Assembly: GCA_009928985.1 (NCBI GenBank)
Contig: SABL01000001.1
Coordinates: 3,023-67,022 of the forward strand
DNA: 64,000 nucleotides
Origin: Clostridia bacterium
GTDB taxonomy: Bacteria; Bacillota; Clostridia; Saccharofermentanales; UBA5734
Reading direction: 5' to 3'
The notes beneath the pieces were generated by a model. That model searched no databases. It was not told where the DNA came from and was given only the letters and a program-made list of their open reading frames with translations. Every line of letters starts with the position of its first letter. The first letter of the stretch is position 1. Both the position numbers and the translations under genes were made by a program. Of this stretch, positions 36,489 to 46,054 are shown piece by piece.

Positions 36489-36725
36489 ATGAAAAGTGTC
36501 TGGCAAAACCTTCATGCAGTCCTGAAGGACAAGAACCCGGCACTTGTTGGGGCCGGAATCGGTTTGTCCTTGTCCCTCTCGCTGGTCATTTTCGGTTTCT
36601 GGAAAACAGTGTTCATCCTTGGGCTGACAGTGGCTGGTTATTATCTGGGCAGCCGGCTCTTTTCCAATCCTGAAGAATTCAGGAATTTGCTGGACAAAAT
36701 TTTACCACCGGGCAAATACCGGTAG
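36489..36725 (+). CDS. DUF2273-type small integral membrane protein
   Basis: 78 aa with two TM helices (GAGIGLSLSLSLVIFGFWKTVFILGLTVAGYYLG), in the usual position within Asp23 loci. Confidence 0.65.
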   Translation: MKSVWQNLHAVLKDKNPALVGAGIGLSLSLSLVIFGFWKTVFILGLTVAGYYLGSRLFSNPEEFRNLLDKILPPGKYR

Positions 36726-36740
36726 AAGGATCGTATTACA

Positions 36741-37166
36741 ATGAGTCGTCGCGAATCACGCGAAAAAGCATTCATGTTCCTGTACCAGCTGGAAATCCAG
36801 AAAGGCGATGCGACGCGCCAGCTGGCTGATTTCCTGACGGAACGTGAGGTCGGGGAAAATGAACAGGATTACCTGCTCACCCTGGTCGAAGGTGTCTCAG
36901 ACCATAAAAAGGCCCTGGATGAGAAAATCGCCCCGTTATTGAAGCGTTGGACCATCGAACGCCTGCCCAGGATTGACCTGACCATCCTGAGGGTCGCGGT
37001 TTATGAGATGGCTTTTCGTACAGATATTCCAGCCAACGTCGCCATATCGGAGGCCGTTCTCCTGGCCAAGAAATATTCGAGCGAAGAATCAAAAAATTAC
37101 ATCAACGCTGTGCTGGGTAAAATCAGCAAGTTGAAAGGTGAGACTGGCGATGAGCCAGCCGATTAG
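36741..37166 (+). CDS. nusB: transcription antitermination factor NusB
   Basis: Motifs SRRESREKAFMFLYQ, RLPRIDLTILRVAVYEM and KYSSEESKNYINAVLGK. Confidence 0.9.
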   Translation: MSRRESREKAFMFLYQLEIQKGDATRQLADFLTEREVGENEQDYLLTLVEGVSDHKKALDEKIAPLLKRWTIERLPRIDLTILRVAVYEMAFRTDIPANVAISEAVLLAKKYSSEESKNYINAVLGKISKLKGETGDEPAD

Positions 37167-38361
37167 TGTCACAGAACTGAATCGCTTTGTCGCAGCATAT
37201 CTGGAGAAGAATGAGCATCTCAATTCGGTCCAGGTCAAAGGCGAAATCTCCGGCCTGAAGGCATATGCTTCTGGCCATTTGTATTTTACGCTCAAAGACA
37301 AAAGCGCCCAGGTCAGTTGTGTCATGTTCAAAGGACAAGCCATGCGGCTGCGTTTCAAACCTGTTGACGGTACAGCTGTGGTTGTAACTGCCAAAGCATC
37401 GTTGTATGACCGCGATGGCAAATTCCAGCTTTACGTATCAGCGATGACGGCTGATGGCATTGGTGATTTGTATCTGGCTTTTGAACAAATGAAAAAGCGC
37501 CTCGATGAGGAGGGCTTGTTTGATCCGGCCCATAAACAGCCGATTCCCCGCCTGCCCCGGGCCATTGGGGTTGTGACTTCTCCTTCAGGCGCTGTCATCC
37601 GTGACATCATCCAAGTGCTGGGCCGGCGCTTTCCCAATTTCCGTCTCCAGCTGATACCTGTCCAAGTCCAGGGCGAGGGTGCTGCGGCCAGCATTGCGGC
37701 CGCTATTGACCGTTTCAACCAGCTGGGGAGTGTCGATGTCCTGATTGTCGGACGGGGTGGTGGTTCGCTGGAAGACCTCTGGGCGTTCAATGAAGAAGTC
37801 GTCGCCCGCAGTGTTTATCGTTCGAAAATTCCCGTCATATCGGCTGTCGGTCATGAAACGGATTTCACCATCTGTGATTTTGTGGCTGACTTGCGCGCGC
37901 CGACCCCTTCTGCAGCTGCCGAACTGGCCATGCCTGTCCGCAGCGACGAAGAGGATAAAATCAAACGCCTGGAAAATCGCCTGCACCATTCCCTCAGCCG
38001 CAGGAGCCAGCTGGAAAACCAGCGCCTGGATGCGCTATTGAGCCGCCCTGCCCTGTCCCAGCCCCTGAAGCGGATTGAAACCCAGCAACGCGATCTGACA
38101 ACGCTTGTCAACGCCTTGCGCATGGCCGGGCAAGCCCAGCTGAGCCGGTCTGAGCGAAATTTCGCCGTTCTCTCTGGTAAATTGGATGCTATGAGCCCGT
38201 TGAAAGTCCTGGCACGCGGCTACGCTGTCGCCAGAGATGCCCATGGCAAGAGCCTGGTCTCTACCGCATTGGTCCACCCCGGTGATCTGGTTGATGTCTG
38301 GCTCAGTGATGGGCGACTGGAGTGCACAGTCAACCAGATTCGTGAAAGGAGCTTTTCTTGA
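37150..38361 (+). CDS. xseA: exodeoxyribonuclease VII large subunit
   Basis: OB-fold N-terminus VTELNRFV...VQVKGEISGL and motif VGRGGGSLEDLWAFNEE. The ATG at 37150 is preferred over the ORF-track GTG at 37138. Confidence 0.9.
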   Translation: MSQPISVTELNRFVAAYLEKNEHLNSVQVKGEISGLKAYASGHLYFTLKDKSAQVSCVMFKGQAMRLRFKPVDGTAVVVTAKASLYDRDGKFQLYVSAMTADGIGDLYLAFEQMKKRLDEEGLFDPAHKQPIPRLPRAIGVVTSPSGAVIRDIIQVLGRRFPNFRLQLIPVQVQGEGAAASIAAAIDRFNQLGSVDVLIVGRGGGSLEDLWAFNEEVVARSVYRSKIPVISAVGHETDFTICDFVADLRAPTPSAAAELAMPVRSDEEDKIKRLENRLHHSLSRRSQLENQRLDALLSRPALSQPLKRIETQQRDLTTLVNALRMAGQAQLSRSERNFAVLSGKLDAMSPLKVLARGYAVARDAHGKSLVSTALVHPGDLVDVWLSDGRLECTVNQIRERSFS

Positions 38362-38630
38362 CCATGGAAAACACACCCTCGACCCCGTCAGTGGGCCAAA
38401 ATCCAGATCTCAGCTATGAACAAGCTTTCAGCAAACTGGAGTTGATCGTCAGCCGTCTGGAAAGTGGAGATGCGACGCTCGATGAGTCGGTCAGCCTGTT
38501 TCAGGAGGGCATGGGGCTGGCCAAGGTCTGTGCCGGCAAACTGGCCGCCATAGAACACCAGATCAGTCAGCTGCTGATCAATGAAGACCAGACCGTGATT
38601 GAAAAGCCCTTTGGAGAACAGGATGTTTGA
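38358..38630 (+). CDS. xseB: exodeoxyribonuclease VII small subunit
   Basis: Motif YEQAFSKLELIVSRLESGDATLDESVSLFQEG. TTG start overlaps the xseA stop. Confidence 0.85.
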   Translation: MTMENTPSTPSVGQNPDLSYEQAFSKLELIVSRLESGDATLDESVSLFQEGMGLAKVCAGKLAAIEHQISQLLINEDQTVIEKPFGEQDV

Positions 38631-39513
38631 ACAACATTTTAAGGCTTATCTTGATGAGATCGAACCTTATCTCGATCAAGCTTTTCCGGTGCAGGAAAAT
38701 GCATGGGGCGGGGAAGTGGTGCAGGCCGCACGTTACAGTCTGCTTTCTGGCGGCAAGCGGGTCCGGCCGGTTTTGCTGCTGGCCATGATGGATTGCCTTG
38801 GGGCAGGCCATTTACAGGCACTGCCCTACGCGGCCGCGCTGGAAATGATCCACACCTATTCTCTGATCCACGACGATTTGCCCTGCATGGACGATGACGA
38901 CCTGCGCCGGGGCCGGCCCACTTGCCACAAGCAGTTTGGTGAAGCCTTGGCTGTACTGGCAGGAGACGCATTGCTGAATCGCGCTTTTGAGATCATGCTG
39001 GATGACATGACATCTGGATGTCAGCATAAAGCGGAGGCTGCCAGGATCATAGCCCGGGCGGCTGGCTCGTCTGGCATGATTGCCGGCCAAACCTTGGATC
39101 TCCAGGCGGAAGGACGGATTGTCTCCCCGGATGAACTCATGCGGCTGCACAGTCTCAAAACGGGCCAGCTGATCCTGGCTCCGGTCTTGGCTGCTTGTGC
39201 CCTGGTGGGTGTATCGGCGGAGGTGACCGCTCTTTTCAAGACTTTTGCGACAAACCTGGGCCTGGCTTTCCAGATCCAGGATGACATTCTGGATGTGACC
39301 GCAACAGAAGACAAATTGGGCAAATCAACTGGCAAAGATCAAAGAGACCAGAAATCAACCTATGTGACTTTGTTTGGTCTCGAGACGGCTCACATCAAGC
39401 TTTTGGAAGCAACAAGACAAGCCAAGGAAGCCCTGTTGGCGGCAGCCGGAACGGGCTTTGATCCGTCTTTCTTGCAGGAACTGGCGGAATTTCTGCTGCA
39501 ACGGGACCACTGA
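38623..39513 (+). CDS. ispA: (2E,6E)-farnesyl diphosphate synthase (polyprenyl synthetase family)
   Basis: FARM motif LIHDDLPCMDDDDLRRG and SARM motif FQIQDDILD. The start is set at the ATG after GGAGAA rather than the ORF-track start at 38599. Confidence 0.9.
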   Translation: MFEQHFKAYLDEIEPYLDQAFPVQENAWGGEVVQAARYSLLSGGKRVRPVLLLAMMDCLGAGHLQALPYAAALEMIHTYSLIHDDLPCMDDDDLRRGRPTCHKQFGEALAVLAGDALLNRAFEIMLDDMTSGCQHKAEAARIIARAAGSSGMIAGQTLDLQAEGRIVSPDELMRLHSLKTGQLILAPVLAACALVGVSAEVTALFKTFATNLGLAFQIQDDILDVTATEDKLGKSTGKDQRDQKSTYVTLFGLETAHIKLLEATRQAKEALLAAAGTGFDPSFLQELAEFLLQRDH

Positions 39514-39514
39514 C

Positions 39515-41395
39515 ATGGGAGACATTTTGGAAAACTTGAGTTCGCCTGAGGCAATCCAGCATCTGACACTGGATGAACAAAGAGCGCTGGCCAGTGAATT
39601 GCGTGAGATGATCATCCGTCAGGTATCGACGACCGGAGGTCATCTGGCTTCGAATCTTGGCGTCATCGAACTGACAATCGCCCTGTTTTCGGTTTACGAT
39701 TTCCGCAAGGACCGGATTGTGTTTGATGTCGGTCACCAAAGTTATGCCTGGAAGATCCTGACCGGACGAGCGAACCAGTTTTCCAGCCTGCGCCAGAAAT
39801 CCGGCTTGTCCGGTTTTCCCAAGCGTTCGGAAAGTCCTTATGACTTTTTTGACACGGGCCATAGCAGCACGTCCATTTCAGCCGCGCTTGGCATGGTCCG
39901 GGCCATGGCCAACAATCACGAACCCGGACGGGTGATCGCCTTGATCGGTGATGGTGCTCTGACGGGCGGCATGGCTTTCGAAGCACTCAATGACGCGGGC
40001 ATGTCCGGCGCCCGCCTGGTGGTGATCATCAATGACAACCAGATGTCGATCGGCAAAAACGTTGGCGGTCTGGCTCACCATCTGGAGAACTTGAGGATCT
40101 CACGGCGCTACATCCACCTGAAAACTGCGCTGGAAACATTCATCAGCAAAATTCCCCTGGTCGGGCCCAAACTGCTGCAATTCTTGCAGCAGGTCAAGAA
40201 AATGGACCGCATGGTGTTGAGACGGTCCGGTGTCTTTTTTGAACAACTGGGCTTTCGCTATTATGGCCCCATTGACGGACACGATCTCAAGGCATTGCAG
40301 CGCCACCTGGCCAATATCGATGAAGTGGACGGCCCAGTCGTGCTTCATGTCATCACTCAGAAAGGCCGCGGCTACACCTTTGCTGAAAGTGCGCCGGATC
40401 TCTACCATGGGGTAGCACCTTTTGAAGTTGAATTGGGTGTGTGTCCGGTCGGCCAGCCGAGCTGCCTGACCTATTCCGACATATTTGGCCAGGCTTTGCT
40501 GGCCAGAGCCCAGGAAAATCCGAAAATTTGTGCCATTTCAGCTGCAATGGCCAGCGGCACAGGGCTGAAGTCCTTTGCCGACACCTTGCCACAACGTTTT
40601 TATGATGTCGGCATTGCCGAACAGCATGCCACAACATTGGCAGCCGGGCTGGCAGCCGGAGGCGCCAGGCCCGTGCTGGCCTTGTATTCGACTTTCCTGC
40701 AACGGGCCTATGATCAGCTGTTGCATGATATCTGCCTGCAAAACCTCCCGGTCGTCCTGGCGATTGACCGGGCTGGCATCGTAGGTGAAGATGGTGAGAC
40801 CCATCAGGGGATTTATGACCTGAACCTGCTGTTGACGTTGCCGGCAATCGAGATTCTCTGCCCGGCAGATGGCCGGGCCCTGCAGCATGCCTTGGACCGG
40901 GCGTTGGAAAACAACCATCCGACCGCTATCCGGTATCCGAGAGGGGCTGCTGCAACGATCAAAGATGCCTTTGACCCCACCGATTTCGCCATCCAGACGG
41001 TCAGGGCAGGGAACGACTGTACCCTGGCGGTTGTTGGCACCTTGCTTTCGGAAGCCCTGGAAGCGGCCAGGCTCCTTGCTGGTGAAGGCATTGAGTGTGA
41101 GGTCCTTTCGATCCAGCGGGCCAAGCCGTTTGATTACCCGAACTTGATTGGATCGCTGCACAAGACTCACACCCTCCTTATGGCTGAAGAAACGGTCTCG
41201 GCTGGTTCGCTTGGCCAGATGATCCTGCCTGAAGTCATACAAGCAGTCCCGGATTGCCAGTTCCACCTGTCTGCGATCCGTGACGAACCCTTGCAACAGG
41301 GCCGGCGCAGCCAGCTGCTGTCTGACCAGGAACTGGATGCCTCAAGTCTGGCCAGACAAGCCAAAATGCTCGTCAGCCGTTCCATCAGGGTCTGA
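39515..41395 (+). CDS. dxs: 1-deoxy-D-xylulose-5-phosphate synthase
   Basis: Motifs GGHLASNLGVIELTIAL, the ThDP-binding GDGALTGGMAFEALN and GEDGETHQG. The ATG lies 2 nt after the ispA stop; the longer ORF-track start (39374) lies inside ispA. Confidence 0.95.
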   Translation: MGDILENLSSPEAIQHLTLDEQRALASELREMIIRQVSTTGGHLASNLGVIELTIALFSVYDFRKDRIVFDVGHQSYAWKILTGRANQFSSLRQKSGLSGFPKRSESPYDFFDTGHSSTSISAALGMVRAMANNHEPGRVIALIGDGALTGGMAFEALNDAGMSGARLVVIINDNQMSIGKNVGGLAHHLENLRISRRYIHLKTALETFISKIPLVGPKLLQFLQQVKKMDRMVLRRSGVFFEQLGFRYYGPIDGHDLKALQRHLANIDEVDGPVVLHVITQKGRGYTFAESAPDLYHGVAPFEVELGVCPVGQPSCLTYSDIFGQALLARAQENPKICAISAAMASGTGLKSFADTLPQRFYDVGIAEQHATTLAAGLAAGGARPVLALYSTFLQRAYDQLLHDICLQNLPVVLAIDRAGIVGEDGETHQGIYDLNLLLTLPAIEILCPADGRALQHALDRALENNHPTAIRYPRGAAATIKDAFDPTDFAIQTVRAGNDCTLAVVGTLLSEALEAARLLAGEGIECEVLSIQRAKPFDYPNLIGSLHKTHTLLMAEETVSAGSLGQMILPEVIQAVPDCQFHLSAIRDEPLQQGRRSQLLSDQELDASSLARQAKMLVSRSIRV

Positions 41396-41524
41396 GACAA
41401 GGGCGCTGCACAGGCATTTTTGTCGAATCCTGGCGCTTTTTGACGCACGAATTGCGGTGACCTTTATTCGAACATGCGCTATGATGATACAAAGACAAAC
41501 GATGGGCTAGCAACGGGAGGCATC

Positions 41525-42385
41525 ATGCGCATTGGGATCTACACCAATCAAGACAAAGACAAGGACTGTTTGCTCTCGCGGGATCTATCCAGGCTGATCG
41601 TCCGCCAGGGTGGAATCCCAGTTGTAGACGAACAATGCCTGGGATCACAATTTTCCGATATCCAAGGTATCGATCTTGCCAGTTATGAAACCAGCGATCT
41701 GATCATGGTCCTGGGTGGGGACGGTACCTTTCTCAGCGCGGTCCATTTGCCTGGCTGCCAGGATATACCCATCATCGGCGTCAATCTGGGGAGTGTTGGT
41801 TTCCTGCAGGAAATCCGGCCGGAAAATCTGGCGGAGTCGGTCGAGCGGCTATTGGCAGGAGATTATTACATCGATCGCCGGATGATGCTGTCGGTCAGTG
41901 TCCATGATGCCAAGGGACAGCTGGTCGAATCTGGCCTGTCCATGAATGACGCGGTGATCTCCCGGGGAGGCAAATCACGCATCCTGACTCTGGACCTGAC
42001 CATCGACGGGGTCTTTCTCGAACGCATCCCGGGTGACGGCATGATCTTGTCGACACCAACCGGTTCCACCGCCTACTCCCTGTCAGCGGGCGGACCGATT
42101 GTCCATCCGCGACTGGAATTGCTGCTGATTACACCCGTCTGCCCGCACACCCTGCACAACCGGAGCTATTTGACGTCTTCCACCAGTGAAGTGGTGATTG
42201 AAATCGTGGACTATCCCTACCAGGCTTTGCTGGCCATTGATGGTCGCAGGGAGATCAATCTCAACAGCGGCGACCGGGTCGTGGTGCGCAAAGCAGACCG
42301 GACGCTGCAATTGATCCGTCTCAGTCCGGATCATTTCTTTGCTGATTTGCCGGGTAAAATCCATTTGCGGGGAAAGACACGATGA
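41525..42385 (+). CDS. nadK: NAD kinase
   Basis: Motifs LGGDGTFL, NLGSVGFL and STPTGSTAYSLSAGGPI. The start is at the ATG after GGGAGG rather than the ORF-track start at 41474. Confidence 0.9.
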   Translation: MRIGIYTNQDKDKDCLLSRDLSRLIVRQGGIPVVDEQCLGSQFSDIQGIDLASYETSDLIMVLGGDGTFLSAVHLPGCQDIPIIGVNLGSVGFLQEIRPENLAESVERLLAGDYYIDRRMMLSVSVHDAKGQLVESGLSMNDAVISRGGKSRILTLDLTIDGVFLERIPGDGMILSTPTGSTAYSLSAGGPIVHPRLELLLITPVCPHTLHNRSYLTSSTSEVVIEIVDYPYQALLAIDGRREINLNSGDRVVVRKADRTLQLIRLSPDHFFADLPGKIHLRGKTR

Positions 42386-42873
42386 GAACAGACAAGATTG
42401 AAAGACAAGCCCGGCTCTTGCAGCTGATCCGGGACAAGGATCTCGCCACTCAGGATGAGCTGGTCCTGTACATGCGCTCGAGCGGCATGGATGTCACTCA
42501 GGCCACGGTGTCGCGTGATATCAAGGAACTGGGCATCGTCAAGGTCATGACCGGGACAGGGACTCAGAAGTATGTCTCCATGCAGCGCACGGGCGAATCG
42601 ATCTCCGGCCGCCTGATGAAAATTTATGCCGAATCGGTCCTTTCGGTGGACTTGGCGATGAATTTGATCGTGATCAAGACCATGCCCGGCATGGCCCAGG
42701 CCTGTGCATCCGCCCTTGATTCCATGCGTTTGTCCGACCTGGTCGGAACATTGGCAGGTGATGACACTGTTTTTATCGCAACCCGTTCGGCCGAACAGGC
42801 CCAGCAGATGGCAGAGGTCCTGTCCCGGCTGATCGCACCTGGTTTCGGCACCACCCAGCCATCTGAAGGCTAG
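42382..42873 (+). CDS. argR: arginine repressor
   Basis: Winged-helix motif TQATVSRDIKELGIVKV and C-terminal GTLAGDDTVFI. ATGA overlap with nadK. Confidence 0.9.
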   Translation: MRTDKIERQARLLQLIRDKDLATQDELVLYMRSSGMDVTQATVSRDIKELGIVKVMTGTGTQKYVSMQRTGESISGRLMKIYAESVLSVDLAMNLIVIKTMPGMAQACASALDSMRLSDLVGTLAGDDTVFIATRSAEQAQQMAEVLSRLIAPGFGTTQPSEG

Positions 42874-42884
42874 GAGAAATTGCC

Positions 42885-44660
42885 ATGCTCAATCGAGTTG
42901 AAATCCGCGATTTTGCCCTGATTGACCAGGCGGCTCTCACACCAGGTCCAGGCCTGTTTGTTATATCAGGTGAAACCGGCGCAGGAAAATCGATCCTGAT
43001 CGATGCGATCAGCGCTTTGTCCGGCGAACGCATCGGCAGGGATTATGTGCGCCGGACGGCTCCCCGGCTGCGTGTCGAAGCTGTTTTCGAAGCGGTCTGG
43101 GACCGGTTGCCTGACGACCTCAAAGACCAGCTCGGACTGACTCTGGAAGAAGATTTTGAACTGATCCTGGCACGTGAAATCAGCTCGGCTGGTAAATCAA
43201 CCTGCCGGGTCAACGGCCGCCTCGTGCCTGTGAGCAGCTTGCGCCAGCTTTTTTCCTGCCTGATCGATATCCATGGGCAGAACGACCAGCAAGGCATTTT
43301 CGACCCCCAGAATCACCGTCGTCTCCTGGACCGCTTTGCCGGCCAGGAGTTGGGCGCTTCCATGGGCCTCTATCAGGCAGCAGCCAGCAAAATCCATGAA
43401 ATCAAAGACCAGATGCAGGATTTGGGTCAGGATCCGGCCTTGCGTGCCCGCGAACTGGACCTTCTGGCCTACCAGATCCAGGAAATCGAATCTGCCCAGA
43501 TACAGCCTGGCGAAGAAGCTATGCTGGCCGAAAGACACAAACGGCTGGCCAACCGGGAAAAGATCCTGCAAGCGGCAGCTCAGGCGCTGATGGAGCTCAG
43601 TGGCCTGGAGGACCAATCTCTGGCCAGCAGGTTGTCGCGCATCCAGCACGTGCTCGAGTCAGCGGCCAGAGTCAGCAAACAGGCTGCTGCGGCCAAGGAT
43701 ACACTGCTGGAAGCGCAGGATGCCATGCAACTGGCGATCGAGCAGCTGCAGGATCTGGTGCTTGAGGACGAAGGTGATCCGGGCGAGTTGCAGCGGATCG
43801 ACGATCGTCTGGATGTGTTGTACCGGTTGAAAAAGAAATACGGTGGTGACTTGGAACAGGTCCTTGATTTCCTGGAAAAGGCCCGGGGCCGACATGAACG
43901 CTTGTCTGACAGTGAAACGTTGTTTGCCCGACTTACCCAGCAAAGGGACAAGGGCATCGAAATTTTGAAAGCCAGAGCGGGCAAAATCCATGAAATCAGA
44001 TCCCGGTTCGCCCGGCTGATGGAAGAACAGATTGCCCGCCAATTGCAGGACCTGGGCATGAAAGGGGTCCGTTTTGCGGTCCAGGTTGACCCCCTTGACT
44101 ATCAGGAAGGGCCCATTCCCCGCCACGGCTTGGACAAGGTTTCGTTTTTGATTTCCGCCAATCCGGGCGAACCTTTAAAACCTCTGGCCCGGATTGCCTC
44201 CGGAGGTGAAGCGTCCCGGGTGCTTTTGGCGATCAAGACCATCCTGGCCCAGGCCGATGAGACACCCGTCCTGATATTTGATGAAATTGACACGGGGATC
44301 AGTGGTGTGACGGCTTCCCGTGTCGCAGAAAAGCTGCACCAGATTTCCTGTCATCATCAGGTCTTTTGCATCACGCATATGGCCCAGATTGCCGCCATGG
44401 CTGACCAGCATGTCCTGATCCAGAAGACGTTCCTGGAAGACCAGACTGTGACAACGCTCAAAAATTTGTCCGAAGAGGAACGGAGCACGGAATTGATGCG
44501 TCTTCTATCTGGCGGCAGCGGGGATGATAAAGCTCGGCAGCTGGCCATCCACCTGCTGGATGTTGCCAGGGCCTTCAAGACAACTGGTGCAGGATCTGGC
44601 GCAGGTCAGGTGGCAGCGGGGCATGGACCAGGACAGGCAATTTCGTCAGGGGATGGATGA
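42885..44660 (+). CDS. recN: DNA repair protein RecN
   Basis: Walker A GETGAGKSIL, a long coiled-coil, the signature ASGGEASRV, and Walker B LIFDEIDTGISG. A Gly-rich C-terminal tail overlaps the converging gene. Confidence 0.9.
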   Translation: MLNRVEIRDFALIDQAALTPGPGLFVISGETGAGKSILIDAISALSGERIGRDYVRRTAPRLRVEAVFEAVWDRLPDDLKDQLGLTLEEDFELILAREISSAGKSTCRVNGRLVPVSSLRQLFSCLIDIHGQNDQQGIFDPQNHRRLLDRFAGQELGASMGLYQAAASKIHEIKDQMQDLGQDPALRARELDLLAYQIQEIESAQIQPGEEAMLAERHKRLANREKILQAAAQALMELSGLEDQSLASRLSRIQHVLESAARVSKQAAAAKDTLLEAQDAMQLAIEQLQDLVLEDEGDPGELQRIDDRLDVLYRLKKKYGGDLEQVLDFLEKARGRHERLSDSETLFARLTQQRDKGIEILKARAGKIHEIRSRFARLMEEQIARQLQDLGMKGVRFAVQVDPLDYQEGPIPRHGLDKVSFLISANPGEPLKPLARIASGGEASRVLLAIKTILAQADETPVLIFDEIDTGISGVTASRVAEKLHQISCHHQVFCITHMAQIAAMADQHVLIQKTFLEDQTVTTLKNLSEEERSTELMRLLSGGSGDDKARQLAIHLLDVARAFKTTGAGSGAGQVAAGHGPGQAISSGDG

Positions 44661-45453
44661 ACCCGAGGCTTCTGGCGTGCAGGGCCTGGCGTCCGAGCAG
44701 GCGGTCCAGGTCTGTCTGATCTTCACCTGTGTGTCCATACAGTGTATCCCCGACCAGAGGATGGCCGGCAAATTGGCTGTGGACCCGGATCTGGTGTGTC
44801 CTTCCAGTCAGGAGTTCAAACTCAACGGTCGAAATATCAGCTGCAGGGAAATAACGCACTTCCCGGTAGATCGTCCGGGCAACTGCCCCGGCCGGATCGA
44901 CACGTCTTTTGATAATGCTGTCCGGATCCCGGCTGATCGGGGCGTCGATCAAGCCCTGGCGCTCAGGCATCCGGCCATGGACCACGGCCAGGTAGTTTTT
45001 TTTCATGGGGTGCTGCATGACCACATAATGCGCATGGCCATTCCTGGCAATCATCACCAGGCCTGACGTATCCCGGTCGAGTCGCGAAACCGGATGCAAC
45101 GGCTGCTCAGACAACAGGTCGGTCAAAGTACCTGACTCATGCCGGTACGTAGGGTGAACCACGATTCCTGCCGGCTTGTTCAAGATTACCAGCCAGTCAT
45201 CCTGGAAAATGAAGTCGATCCCGGCCGGTTGCCGGAGCAAACCTGGCTGCTCAGTATGGCCCGCTGTCCGGGCCACCAATTCGTCGCCTCGTTCAACCGG
45301 ATCGATCATGCGCCAGGGACGGCCATTGTTCAACAATTCGCCGTAGAGCCGGATCCGTTTGCTCATCAGCCGGGACATGCCTGTTCTCGTGACGAGAACA
45401 TCAACGGCACGCAGACCATGATCAGCATCGGTAACAAGGTAGACGATTTCCAA
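44575..45453 (-). CDS. RluA-family pseudouridine synthase
   Basis: Catalytic motif HPVSRLDRDTSGLVMIA and GRTHQIRVH. TTG start after GGAGAA. Confidence 0.85.
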   Translation of the reverse strand: MEIVYLVTDADHGLRAVDVLVTRTGMSRLMSKRIRLYGELLNNGRPWRMIDPVERGDELVARTAGHTEQPGLLRQPAGIDFIFQDDWLVILNKPAGIVVHPTYRHESGTLTDLLSEQPLHPVSRLDRDTSGLVMIARNGHAHYVVMQHPMKKNYLAVVHGRMPERQGLIDAPISRDPDSIIKRRVDPAGAVARTIYREVRYFPAADISTVEFELLTGRTHQIRVHSQFAGHPLVGDTLYGHTGEDQTDLDRLLGRQALHARSLGFIHPLTKLPVLVHAPLPPDLRQILHQLS

Positions 45454-45530
45454 ACCTGTTTTCTCCTATACTCAAATAAAAGCATTATAATCGATTTAAT
45501 CTCAGGCACAAGCAACCTAAGGAGCAGGGA

Positions 45531-45953
45531 ATGGAAGAAAAGAAGAAAAGAACTGTCCTGAAGGCGCTGTCTGGCTTTCATCCGGACGATAGAAGTGTCA
45601 CACATTTAGCCGCAATTCGCGCGATGGCCGATTCACACCGGATCACACCGTCCATGGCTCTGCGCCTGGTCCAGTTCAATCTAGTGTCTGGATATCATGA
45701 CCATCTATCATCCGGTCAGCCTGTTACCAGATCCAAGCCAGTCCGATATGAAATCTGCTTTGGCAAAGCTTGCCTGGCCAGAGGGGCCAGGGAGATCTTG
45801 CAGGGGCTGGAGCGTCTAGCGGACAGTCCAGTGACTGATCCAGCCAGAAAACCTGTCAAAATCAAGACATGCTCCTGCCTTCATCGCTGCAGCAAAGGCC
45901 CTGTTGTGAGAGTGGACGGCATTCTTCACGAAAAATTTCCTATCCCGGAATAA
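45531..45953 (+). CDS. hypothetical protein with a thioredoxin-like [2Fe-2S] ferredoxin-type C-terminal half
   Basis: Cys pattern CFGKAC ... CSCLHRC followed by GPVVRVDG, resembling NuoE/HndA-type 2Fe-2S domains. The N-terminal ~65 aa are unassigned. AGGAGC precedes the ATG. Confidence 0.4.
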   Translation: MEEKKKRTVLKALSGFHPDDRSVTHLAAIRAMADSHRITPSMALRLVQFNLVSGYHDHLSSGQPVTRSKPVRYEICFGKACLARGAREILQGLERLADSPVTDPARKPVKIKTCSCLHRCSKGPVVRVDGILHEKFPIPE

Positions 45954-45966
45954 GGAGCTGTTTTTA

Positions 45967-45996
45967 TTGACAACATTCGTTCGTTTTTAATAGAAT
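45967..45996 (+). promoter_or_regulatory. promoter for rny
   Basis: TTGACA, 18 nt spacer, TAGAAT. Confidence 0.55.
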
Positions 45997-46054
45997 GAAA
46001 TCGATGCTAATATCGCATTTGCGTCAAACATACTTGAAACTTGAAAAATGAATA

